A DNA stretch of 60,238 nt. Origin: a bacterium. GTDB taxonomy: Bacteria; Patescibacteriota; JABMPQ01; JBDRIV01. Position numbers and translations under genes: made by a program. The stretch spans positions 1 through 60,238 of the forward strand of contig JBDRIV010000003.1 in NCBI GenBank assembly GCA_043815505.1, read 5' to 3'. Below, piece after piece: positions 1 to 8,108 of this stretch (its first letter is position 1; every line of letters begins with the position of its first letter). The notes under the pieces were generated by a model. That model was not told the origin of the DNA. It made no database searches and saw nothing but the letters and a program-made list of their open reading frames with translations.

Positions 1-121
1 TAATAACAGTGTAATAACAGTGTAATAACAGTGTAATAACAGTGTAATAACAGTGTAATAACAGTGTAATAACAGTGTAATAACAGTGTAATAACAGTGT
101 AATAACAGTGTAATAACAGAG
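1..121. repeat. Tandem direct repeat, 11-bp unit TAATAACAGTG (10 perfect copies + 1 degenerate), truncated by the left window edge
   Basis: Read directly: the unit recurs every 11 nt from nt 1. The 11th copy has one substitution. Confidence 0.97.
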
Positions 122-152
122 AATATGTATTACTGGATTTCTTTTAAAAATA

Positions 153-161
153 TGTTATAAT
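153..161 (+). promoter_or_regulatory. Candidate extended -10 promoter element (TGTTATAAT)
   Basis: TGnTATAAT match ending 7 nt before the first helix of the structured leader. No convincing -35. Confidence 0.3.
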
Positions 162-167
162 AATAGC

Positions 168-287
168 GTTGACCCATAATTCGAACATATCCCGAAGTTT
201 TTATTACTTCATTGCCCTTAAGGGGCGGCTATACCAATGAGGTAATCCTTCGGGAAAACGGATTTGGGTCAACTATAGCCGTCCCTT
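168..287 (+). ncRNA. Candidate structured RNA / 5' leader upstream of the serine recombinase
   Basis: Three long complementary pairs: 168-176/265-273 (9 bp), 190-197/248-255 (8 bp) and 220-233/274-287 (14 bp). The third has one G-U that is only valid on the + strand. It crosses the first, giving pseudoknot topology. Confidence 0.4.
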
Positions 288-304
288 TATGTTAAATAAA
301 CAAT

Positions 305-1909
305 ATGAATTACTATCTATATGCCAGGAAATCAACTGAGAGTGAAGACAGACAAGTCCAATCAATTGATGACCAGATTAATAAACTAAAAGAACTGGCT
401 GATAATTTAGGTTTCAAAATAAAGAAAATCTTTACAGAAGCTAAATCGGCCAAGAAGCCTGATAATAGACCAATATTTGATGATGTACTAAAAAGACTCG
501 AAAAAGGAGAGGCTGATGGAATACTATGTTGGCAAATCAATCGCTTATCTAGAAACCCAATTGATAGTGCCAGAGTTCAATGGCTTCTACAAGAAGGAAA
601 AATAAAATCTATTAGGACATATGATAGAGACTACCTGCCAGAAGATAATGTACTGCTATTCAATGTTGAGAGTGGTATGGCAAATCAATTCATTCTAGAT
701 TTAAGAAAGAATGTAAAAAGAGGTTTAGAGAGTAAAGCTCAAAAAGGCTGGTTGCCATCAAACCCACCTCTTGGGTATCTAAATAATAAACTTACAAAAA
801 CTATTAAAACAGATTCTGTTCGCTTTCCTTTGGTTAGAAGTATGTGGGATTTAATGCTTACAGGAAACTACACACCACCAAAAATTCTTAATATTGCTAA
901 CAATGAATGGGGTTTTAGGACGAGAAAGTTTAAACATATGGGAGACAAATCTTTATCACGCAGTGGTATCTACAGGATATTCACTAATCCATTTTATACA
1001 GGAACATTTGAATATGGAGGAAAAGAATACAAAGGAAAACATAAACCAATGATTTCTGTAGATGAATACGATAAGGTTCAAGCAATTCTTGGAAGAGAAG
1101 GAAGACCCATATTAAAACATCGTAACTTTGCGTATACTGGAGCGATTCGATGTGGGGAGTGCGGTTGTTTAATTACAGCAGAAACAAAAACCAAACATAT
1201 AAAGAGCACCAATAAAATAAAACAATACACGTATTATCATTGTACAAGACAGAAAAAAGATTATAAATGTAAACAACCAAGCATTACAGTTGAAAACTTA
1301 GAAATGCAAATTGACAATGAACTGGAACAAATGACCATACTTCCTGAATTTAGAGACTGGGCATTAGAATCTCTTAACGATGAAAATGATTATGAAATTA
1401 AAGAAAGACAGAACATTTTTGAGAACCAACAAAAAACCATAGCTAGTATTCAGAGACAGTTAGATAATCTTACAAAAATGAGATATAGGGAATTAATAAC
1501 AGATGAGGAATTTAAAAAAGAAAGAAATAACCTCTCCAAGGAAAAAGCTACCTTGCAGCAAAAACTGCGATTAACTGAGGATAGAACAGATAATTGGTTG
1601 GAGCTTACCGAGAAAGTGTTTGAATTTGCTACAAATGCTAGAGAATCGTTTTTAAACGGTGATAAACGGACAAAACGTGAAATTCTTAGAACTATGGGTA
1701 CTGAGCTTAAAATAAAGGACAAAAAGCTTTATATCAAGCAAGAAGATTATATTGATACTATAAAAAAAGAGTATCCTGCCCTTGAAAAGGAATACTTAAC
1801 CTTAGAACTGGGCAAAACACGCTTAAATAAGGCAAAAAGCGAGTCTTTGAACTCGCTTCGTACCACTTGGCTCCGGGAGTGGGATTCGAACCCACGACCC
1901 ACTGATTAA
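305..1909 (+). CDS. Large serine recombinase (resolvase catalytic domain + recombinase domain + zinc ribbon + coiled-coil tail)
   Basis: 534-aa ORF. N-terminal YLYARKSTESEDRQ matches the catalytic-Ser motif. It also has a Cys-rich CGECGC...YYHCTRQ...C ribbon and a long helical C-terminus. The last ~14 codons are antisense to tRNA-Asn. Confidence 0.9.
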   Translation: MNYYLYARKSTESEDRQVQSIDDQINKLKELADNLGFKIKKIFTEAKSAKKPDNRPIFDDVLKRLEKGEADGILCWQINRLSRNPIDSARVQWLLQEGKIKSIRTYDRDYLPEDNVLLFNVESGMANQFILDLRKNVKRGLESKAQKGWLPSNPPLGYLNNKLTKTIKTDSVRFPLVRSMWDLMLTGNYTPPKILNIANNEWGFRTRKFKHMGDKSLSRSGIYRIFTNPFYTGTFEYGGKEYKGKHKPMISVDEYDKVQAILGREGRPILKHRNFAYTGAIRCGECGCLITAETKTKHIKSTNKIKQYTYYHCTRQKKDYKCKQPSITVENLEMQIDNELEQMTILPEFRDWALESLNDENDYEIKERQNIFENQQKTIASIQRQLDNLTKMRYRELITDEEFKKERNNLSKEKATLQQKLRLTEDRTDNWLELTEKVFEFATNARESFLNGDKRTKREILRTMGTELKIKDKKLYIKQEDYIDTIKKEYPALEKEYLTLELGKTRLNKAKSESLNSLRTTWLREWDSNPRPTD

Positions 1910-1942
1910 CAGTCAGTTGCTCTACCGCTGAGCTATCCCGGA
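1868..1942 (-). tRNA. tRNA-Asn (anticodon GTT), CCA encoded
   Basis: Cloverleaf folded by hand: acceptor TCCGGGA/TCCCGGA, D arm GCTC/GAGC, anticodon stem ACTGA/TCAGT with loop CTGTTAA, T arm GTGGG-TTCGAAT-CCCAC, then G-CCA. Confidence 0.92.
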
Positions 1943-1965
1943 TTATAGAATTGCATTGCAATTCT

Positions 1966-2000
1966 GGCTTATGGCCAATGGCTTATTGCATATGGCCTAC
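1966..2000. repeat. Heptamer array, left arm (GGCNWWW x5) flanking the 4-helix-bundle gene
   Basis: ggcttat ggccaat ggcttat tgcatat ggcctac. Positions 1966-1982 are complementary to 2384-2400 (17 bp, 2 mismatches). Confidence 0.8.
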
Positions 2001-2350
2001 TTTTTATTCAATGATTTTTGGAAGGAACGTATTTTCTTTATTAATATTTCTACTTTCTTATAATGTTCTACTCTTTCTGATTCTGATATATAATTTTGAT
2101 CTCTTGCAATGCCTAATAGGTTTACTGTTTCTAGTCCAGATCCTATTGAAATATTCAAATATTTTATAAATCCCTTATCAGTACCACTTGATCCTTCAGC
2201 AATATTATTTGAAATTGAAACCGAGGCTCTTCTCAACTGATTTGTCAGTGCATATTCTTCATTCTTCGGAAATGCTTTCGTTGCTTTGTAAATGCATTTA
2301 TTATATTCGATCGCTAGTTTCCAGATATCTAGAGTTTCAAATCTAAACAT
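1997..2350 (-). CDS. Four-helix-bundle protein (23S rRNA intervening-sequence protein family)
   Basis: 117 aa. FETLDIWKLA...ALTNQLRRASVSISNNIAEG is the typical signature of this family. Confidence 0.85.
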   Translation of the reverse strand: MFRFETLDIWKLAIEYNKCIYKATKAFPKNEEYALTNQLRRASVSISNNIAEGSSGTDKGFIKYLNISIGSGLETVNLLGIARDQNYISESERVEHYKKVEILIKKIRSFQKSLNKK

Positions 2351-2376
2351 TTTACTCCCTTCTCCCAGTTCGTAGT

Positions 2377-2411
2377 GCTATTGGCTATTAGCCATAAGCC
2401 CTATGCCATTT
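2377..2411. repeat. Heptamer array, right arm (GCYNWWW x5)
   Basis: gctattg gctatta gccataa gccctat gccattt, in inverted orientation relative to 1966-2000. It overlaps the rpoD stop codon. Confidence 0.8.
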
Positions 2412-3825
2412 AGTAGTCGCGTAATTTATTAATCATCTCGTGATCTCTAATCTTCTCTAGTGCCTTGGCTTCAATTTGTCTAATTCTTTCACGCGTAACT
2501 CCAAATTCCTGTCCCACCTCTTCCAAAGTATGAGCCACACCATCTGTTAATCCAAAACGCATCTCAAGAATTTTTTGTTCGCGTGGAGTTAAGAACTGAA
2601 TTACATCTTTAACGTGATCGCGCAGTAATCGCAGTGATGCTGTTTGGTCTGGTGACATTGATTTTACATCTTCAATAAAATCTCCTAGAGTTGAATCGTC
2701 GTCGTCTTCACCAACTGAAGTTTCCAGCGATACAGTATCTTGTGAAATTTTAATGATATTGCGCGCTTTGTCAAGCTCAATCCCCATTTCAGCGGCAATT
2801 TCTTCTGGCAACGGTTCACGCCCTAAATCTTGCACAAGTCGACGTTCAATTTGGGTAAATTTATTTATTGTCTCAACCATGTGCACCGGAATTCTAATGG
2901 TACGTGATTGATCAGCCAGTGCGCGAGTTATTGCCTGTCTAATCCACCACGTAGCATAAGTTGAAAATTTATAACCTTTTTTATAATCAAATTTTTCTAC
3001 GGCGCGAAACAAACCTAAATTCCCTTCTTGAATTAAATCCAGTAGAGTCAAATTTCGTCCCGTATATTTTTTAGCAATAGAAACAACCAAACGCAGGTTA
3101 GCTTCAATTAATTTTGCAAAAGCTTCGCGTTCGTTTCTATCTTTTCTTTTGGCCAACTGAACTTCTTCTTCGCCAGTAAGCAAGGGTACTTTTCCAATCT
3201 CACGCAAATACATTTGCACGGAATCAGAAGAAAGTTTTGACAAATCTATAGAAGCCATAAAATCGGCGTCTTTTTTCTCTGCATCTTCCTTTTCTTTTTG
3301 CTCTTCTTTTGTAAGACCAACTTCTACTCCGAGCAAATTTGTTTGCGTTTTTACCAAGGAAATTCCCATGGCATCCATTTTTTCGAGCACACTTTCCAAA
3401 TCGGCCAAATGATCTTCGATATCAGGAATGGCTTTAATAATTTCTGCTTCCGTAATAAAATTTTGGCTCATGCCTTTATCAAAAAGGTATTCCAATTTAT
3501 CTTCGTCAATTGGCTGTACTACTTTTGGTTTGTAAACTCTTTTTTTGCGACGGCTCGCTTGAGCTCGCCGTGAACTCACTTTTCTAGCACGTGGTTTACG
3601 AGTTGTTTTCCTTTTAGCTAGTTTGCGCTTGGCGGGTTTACGACGCGCCGGCTTTCTCTTGGCTGGTTTACGTTTCGCCGGTTTACGTTTTGCTGGTTTA
3701 CGTTTAGTTTTTCTGCGAGTAGTTTTGCGTTTTGCAGGTTTCCTTTTAGCAGGTTTACGCTTCGCCGGTTTACGTCGGCTCGACGCGGCTCGCCGTGAAT
3801 TAGTTGTAGTTTTTTTTCTAGGCAT
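2410..3825 (-). CDS. rpoD: RNA polymerase sigma factor RpoD (sigma-70) with a Lys/Arg/Pro-rich repeat N-terminus
   Basis: 471 aa. Regions 2-4 are recognisable ([33 protein letters not shown]). The first ~95 aa are (K)PAKRK repeats. Confidence 0.95.
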   Translation of the reverse strand: MPRKKTTTNSRRAASSRRKPAKRKPAKRKPAKRKTTRRKTKRKPAKRKPAKRKPAKRKPARRKPAKRKLAKRKTTRKPRARKVSSRRAQASRRKKRVYKPKVVQPIDEDKLEYLFDKGMSQNFITEAEIIKAIPDIEDHLADLESVLEKMDAMGISLVKTQTNLLGVEVGLTKEEQKEKEDAEKKDADFMASIDLSKLSSDSVQMYLREIGKVPLLTGEEEVQLAKRKDRNEREAFAKLIEANLRLVVSIAKKYTGRNLTLLDLIQEGNLGLFRAVEKFDYKKGYKFSTYATWWIRQAITRALADQSRTIRIPVHMVETINKFTQIERRLVQDLGREPLPEEIAAEMGIELDKARNIIKISQDTVSLETSVGEDDDDSTLGDFIEDVKSMSPDQTASLRLLRDHVKDVIQFLTPREQKILEMRFGLTDGVAHTLEEVGQEFGVTRERIRQIEAKALEKIRDHEMINKLRDY

Positions 3826-4136
3826 CCCAGTAGTACAATTTACTAATTATTTTTCTTATAATACTCTTTTAATCTTTTTGCTAAATATCTTCTACCTCCT
3901 GTGGTTTTCAAATACTTTTCTCTTCGTTGTGCATCGTATCTATTTGTGCATCCTTCATAATATATTAATTCTAATGGCCTTCGATACGAAGTTGATATTA
4001 CTTTTCCACTATTATGAAGCTTCAATCTCCTATCTATATTGATAGTATATCCAATGTATCTTTTATGATCTTTTTTACTTTCTAAAACATATACCCAGAA
4101 TAGTTCCATTCTATTATCTTCACTTGTACTACTGGG
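3826..4136. mobile_element. GIY-YIG gene cassette bounded by inverted repeat CCCAGTAGTACAA / TTGTACTACTGGG
   Basis: 13-bp perfect inverted repeat at 3826-3838 and 4124-4136. The same repeat occurs at 37718-37826 and, as a variant, at 44401-44502. Confidence 0.5.
3843..4109 (-). CDS. GIY-YIG nuclease family protein
   Basis: [27 protein letters not shown] matches the GIY-YIG motif. The ORF track start at 4139 lies inside the inverted repeat, so I prefer the ATG at 4109. Confidence 0.85.
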   Translation of the reverse strand: MELFWVYVLESKKDHKRYIGYTINIDRRLKLHNSGKVISTSYRRPLELIYYEGCTNRYDAQRREKYLKTTGGRRYLAKRLKEYYKKNN

Positions 4137-4183
4137 CATCTTAAAAGATAAAAATTCAAAAAGAAAAATTCAAATAAAATAAA

Positions 4184-6001
4184 TTAATCCGTTTTGATAG
4201 TGTTATATAGTCTTTTGGAAACTGTATCAAATTCGCGCTCAAGAGTTTTTAATTTATCTTGATCGCCAATTTTTTCCTCATGTTTAATGGCAGTTTCTAT
4301 TGATTTTAATTTTTGTTTTAGATGAGATACCTTAATGTGACTTACTAAGTCATCAATTTCTTCGGTTATCTCTTTGGCCCCAACATGATTGTCAGGGTGT
4401 AATTCCTCATAATTCATGAGGTAGACTTTAGCCAGATAGGCAAGTTCGGATGATTTTTTTTCTAATACATTCAAGAATGCCTGCTGGTCGAATTTTTCTC
4501 TTTCCTTACTATAATACATTTTCAATACATTGTAAATAGATTTTACCTCGATCGGCAGCATTACTGGTGTTATTTTTTCCATTACGCGGTCGATTTCTGA
4601 AGGAAAAGTTAGTAGCATCCCTAATAGTAATCCCGTTGGTGATTTTTGGAAGTTTTCATTCTCTTCTGTTTTGGCTTCTTTTTTAATTGGCGCTTTGGGC
4701 CTGTATTGTTTAGCTTCATGTTTTTTTAGAGCGTCGAGTAGAATTTCTTCTTGCACATTAATTCTTCTGGCTAAATCTCTGACATAATGATGGCGCTCTA
4801 TGACATCTTCAATTTTGGCAATGCGATTGAGCAAAAATTTGGTAACTTGTTTTTTGTCATCAACATTTTGAATATTTTTGCCTTTAAAAGAATAATCAAA
4901 AAAGTAATCCATAATTGATTGCCGGGCAGCAATTACTTTGTTCCATTCTTCTTTGTTGGTGCGAATTAGATCGTCGGGATCTTTGCCCTCGGGAATATTT
5001 ACCACGCTAACATTGAATCCTTTGGCCAGTAGCAAATCGATTGAGCGTTCGGTGGCCGAAGCGCCGGCGGGATCAACATCAAAAGCCATCGCCACATTCA
5101 TGGTAAATCTTTTTAACAAATCTATTTGACCTTCAGTTAAAGCTGTACCAGATGTAGCCACCACATTTTTTACACCTGCTTGGTGTGAAGCGATTACATC
5201 CATCTGACCTTCCACCAGAATTGCTAAATCTTGTTGTTTAATTTCTTTTTTAGCGCGGTGCAAATTATAAACCAGCTGACTTTTATTATAAATCAAGGTT
5301 TCTGGTGTATTAACATACTTGCCCATTTTTTCGCCGTCTTCGGCTCTTAAAATTCGGCCGGTAAATCCAACCAAGTCTCCTCGCACATTATGAAGCGGAA
5401 ACATTAAACGATGACGGAATCTATCAAATATTTTATTGTTGTCTTTAGCAATCGCCAATCCGGCATCCACAATTTCTTTTGAGGCGTAACCTTTTTTCTG
5501 TAAAAATTCACTTAAGTACTCCCAGCCATCTGGAGCATAACCAATTTGAAATTCTTGCAAAGTTTGTTCTGTCAAACCGCGCTCGGTTGTGTATTCACGC
5601 GCCACCTGACCACTACGACTTTCTTGCAAACTTTTTATAAAAAATTTGCTCCCCCATTCCGAAATTTCCAACAATTTCATTTTCTGACTTTTGTTGGGTG
5701 CTCGGAACTGTTTTAATTCCACACCCGCTTTTGGTGCCAAATGTTTTAAGGCTTCAGGGAATTCCAAGCCTTCCATTTCCATTACAAAAGTAATAGCATC
5801 ACCGCCGCGACCACATCCAAAACAATGCCAGATGTTTTTTTCTGGGCTCACCATAAAAGAAGGCGTTTTCTCATTATGAAACGGGCAGAGCGCCTTAAAA
5901 TTGGTACCAGCTTTTTTTAGTTGCACATATTCACCCACAATATCAGCCACTGCCAACCGCTCCTTAATTTCTTCTACTTGATTGTTTGCTTCGTAGACCA
6001 T
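4184..6001 (-). CDS. dnaG: DNA primase DnaG
   Basis: 605 aa. It has a CHC2 zinc finger (CPFHNEKTPSF...CFGCG) and a TOPRIM region (LVEGQMDVI). Confidence 0.95.
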   Translation of the reverse strand: MVYEANNQVEEIKERLAVADIVGEYVQLKKAGTNFKALCPFHNEKTPSFMVSPEKNIWHCFGCGRGGDAITFVMEMEGLEFPEALKHLAPKAGVELKQFRAPNKSQKMKLLEISEWGSKFFIKSLQESRSGQVAREYTTERGLTEQTLQEFQIGYAPDGWEYLSEFLQKKGYASKEIVDAGLAIAKDNNKIFDRFRHRLMFPLHNVRGDLVGFTGRILRAEDGEKMGKYVNTPETLIYNKSQLVYNLHRAKKEIKQQDLAILVEGQMDVIASHQAGVKNVVATSGTALTEGQIDLLKRFTMNVAMAFDVDPAGASATERSIDLLLAKGFNVSVVNIPEGKDPDDLIRTNKEEWNKVIAARQSIMDYFFDYSFKGKNIQNVDDKKQVTKFLLNRIAKIEDVIERHHYVRDLARRINVQEEILLDALKKHEAKQYRPKAPIKKEAKTEENENFQKSPTGLLLGMLLTFPSEIDRVMEKITPVMLPIEVKSIYNVLKMYYSKEREKFDQQAFLNVLEKKSSELAYLAKVYLMNYEELHPDNHVGAKEITEEIDDLVSHIKVSHLKQKLKSIETAIKHEEKIGDQDKLKTLEREFDTVSKRLYNTIKTD

Positions 6002-6120
6002 AATATCCTTGCCTTTTGCCTTAAATTACACTTTTTGTAGTTTCTATAATACGGACTTTTGCCCTTTTTGACAAATGATACTTGTGCTAAAATTGTTAAT
6101 AAGATAAGTAATTAATTTCT

Positions 6121-6621
6121 ATGAAAAACTCTCGCGGTGGCGCCATGTTAATAATTGTCATTTTAGTATTAATTTTGCTTTTGGGCCTTGCGCTTTTTTG
6201 GTATTTCTATATCCGAGCCGACGTGAGTTCTAAAGCCGATGTTTCTGAAACTAAAGGAACAATTACCGGTTCATTGGGATACCCCTCGGAAGCGATTCCA
6301 ACCAATATGATGATTTGTGCTGTGGAGCGTGATACAGTTGAAGAATATTGTACCGCCGAACAAATTACCGATGATGCCTACACTTATGGCAAGGGATATT
6401 CGTTGGTGGTACCAGAAGGAGTTTATTATGTTTATTCTTATGTTCCCACTTTAGATGATTTCGGTGAAGAAGTAATTGATTACAAAGCTTATTATTCTGA
6501 TTTTGTAACTTGCGGACAAAGTTATGAGTGTGAAGATCACGAGCCAATAGAAATTGTGGTGACAGCAGGAACAATTTATTCTGAAGTTGATCCTATAGAT
6601 TGGTACGCACCAATTGAATAA
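6121..6621 (+). CDS. Hypothetical membrane-anchored/secreted protein
   Basis: 166 aa with an N-terminal hydrophobic helix. No recognisable family. Confidence 0.7.
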   Translation: MKNSRGGAMLIIVILVLILLLGLALFWYFYIRADVSSKADVSETKGTITGSLGYPSEAIPTNMMICAVERDTVEEYCTAEQITDDAYTYGKGYSLVVPEGVYYVYSYVPTLDDFGEEVIDYKAYYSDFVTCGQSYECEDHEPIEIVVTAGTIYSEVDPIDWYAPIE

Positions 6622-6639
6622 AATATTTTTAAATAAAGA

Positions 6640-6677
6640 GGAGCCTTTCGTTTTGCAACAATTGGCTCCCTTTTTTA
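6640..6677 (+). terminator. Rho-independent terminator
   Basis: GGAGCC stem (6640-6645/6664-6669) followed by C-TTTTTT. Confidence 0.7.
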
Positions 6678-6696
6678 TTAGTGTTTGTACTAGTTT

Positions 6697-7329
6697 CTAG
6701 TTTGAATTATTGTCGATAATAGGATCAGTGGTAGTAATAAATTCTGCCTGCAATGGGAAATTATTGACACGGTTGATGATAGTAGTATGATCGGCATCTC
6801 TTACCTGGACCGAGAGTTGGTAAAATTTTTTTTCTTCACTTGTTGCCTTTTTTGTGTCTCCAAGTTCAATTGTGATAATATCACTCACATCCACCTGATC
6901 AAGCTCTGCGTTATCAGCCGGCAGGAAAACCCAGACATTGATACCAATAAGCTTGACCCATCTTCCATTTACTAAATTGCATTTGTGGTGGGGGGTGGTG
7001 GTATCAGCTACTGCCTGAATTACTGTAATAGTTTCGAGGTTCAGCGGCCGGGTAGTAGTGAAGTAGTTGCGTTCCGAAATCTCTGCTTCCCAACTTACAT
7101 TATTACTACGTGGAGATACCGTAATTTGCAAATGATTACGAATTCTTCTCGATTCGAAAATGGTAACATGATCACCAGCCTCAAAACCACGTGCCCAAGA
7201 AGCGGAATGAGGTAAACGAATTTCACCTTTAGGTTCAGCTAATCTAATAATGTATCTCTTCAAATTAGCTCCCTGATAAGGTCTGCTAATGGCTACCACC
7301 GTTCCCGTTCTGATTATTTTGCCTGTCAT
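6697..7329 (-). CDS. Hypothetical protein carrying two copies of a ~65-aa repeated module
   Basis: The ORF track starts at 7356. I prefer the ATG at 7329, which follows GAAGGGGA (SD-like) and lies 11 nt after the upstream stop. Confidence 0.7.
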   Translation of the reverse strand: MTGKIIRTGTVVAISRPYQGANLKRYIIRLAEPKGEIRLPHSASWARGFEAGDHVTIFESRRIRNHLQITVSPRSNNVSWEAEISERNYFTTTRPLNLETITVIQAVADTTTPHHKCNLVNGRWVKLIGINVWVFLPADNAELDQVDVSDIITIELGDTKKATSEEKKFYQLSVQVRDADHTTIINRVNNFPLQAEFITTTDPIIDNNSN

Positions 7330-7340
7330 TTGTTTCCCCT

Positions 7341-7661
7341 TCAGTATAAGTAGCATTCATCATTATTAAGATATGGTCGATTCACATCCAACGGCTTATC
7401 TCCCCGTCTCACTTTGGATTGTGGAACGGTAAGATGGCTAATGAATTTTCTTTTCTCCCGATCAGCACAAAGATGAAAGCATCGATTGTTGGCAAAGAAT
7501 AAAGTAATAACATCTTTTTTCTTAATTTTTTGTACAACCGGTGCAAAAGGTAAAGTGATTTTTACATCATCATCGCAAAAATATAAATCAACTTTGTTTT
7601 CGTCATATGAGACAACATCATTTACTACTCCTATAAACACGTGTTTCGTTTGCCCTCTCAT
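7341..7661 (-). CDS. Hypothetical protein, one copy of the module
   Basis: 106 aa. AGGAGG Shine-Dalgarno upstream. Same strand as, and tightly spaced with, its neighbours. Confidence 0.7.
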   Translation of the reverse strand: MRGQTKHVFIGVVNDVVSYDENKVDLYFCDDDVKITLPFAPVVQKIKKKDVITLFFANNRCFHLCADREKRKFISHLTVPQSKVRRGDKPLDVNRPYLNNDECYLY

Positions 7662-7678
7662 TACTGGTCCTCCTAAAA

Positions 7679-7981
7679 TTATTGGGTTATCAAATCACGA
7701 TGATTGATACAGATAGCTTCGCCATGTCCTTTAACAAGCAGTATATAATCAAATAAATTCAGTCCTAGATCACAGGAACTCACTTTGATAGTAACTGTTT
7801 CACCAACTTTAGGTTGTCGACGTTTGAAATAATCCTTATCCAGTTTCAAATCAAAGCCTGTGCCTTTCAATTGGATCAGCAAGTACTTGTGACTATCAAT
7901 GGGCGCATCACCCACTGCAGTAATGATTGTGGTGATTCTTTTAATGATCCTCGGTACCTCAATTACCTTTTGACTCATCAT
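7679..7981 (-). CDS. Hypothetical protein, one copy of the module
   Basis: 100 aa. AAGGAG upstream. First gene of the three-gene operon. Confidence 0.7.
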   Translation of the reverse strand: MMSQKVIEVPRIIKRITTIITAVGDAPIDSHKYLLIQLKGTGFDLKLDKDYFKRRQPKVGETVTIKVSSCDLGLNLFDYILLVKGHGEAICINHRDLITQ

Positions 7982-8108
7982 AATTCTCCTTACTATTCTT
8001 AGGTGATTAATCTACAATTTCGAGCTAAAAGCTAGTCTAATTTTTGAAAGTACGATGTTTTATTAAAGCAAACTAATATATCTTTTGCAAGTCTTACTTT
8101 TTCACAGT

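Noticed and set aside
1-121. Possible CRISPR array (also considered for 39011-39101)
   Set aside because: Units are 11 bp and 7 bp and directly abut each other with no spacers. There are no cas genes in the window. These are simple tandem repeats.
168-287. Hammerhead, twister or other small self-cleaving ribozyme upstream of the recombinase
   Set aside because: CAAUGAGG...GAAAAC only superficially resembles the CUGAUGA...GAAA hammerhead core. The required stem II and cleavage-site context are absent, and I could find no twister or pistol core sequences.
1758-1961. 67-aa minus-strand ORF
   Set aside because: It is the sense-strand translation through tRNA-Asn and its flanks. The tRNA explains the region.
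3623-4042. 139-aa plus-strand ORF ([11 protein letters not shown] repeats)
   Set aside because: It is the antisense reading of the rpoD PAKRK repeat and of the GIY-YIG gene. It is a repeat-driven artefact.
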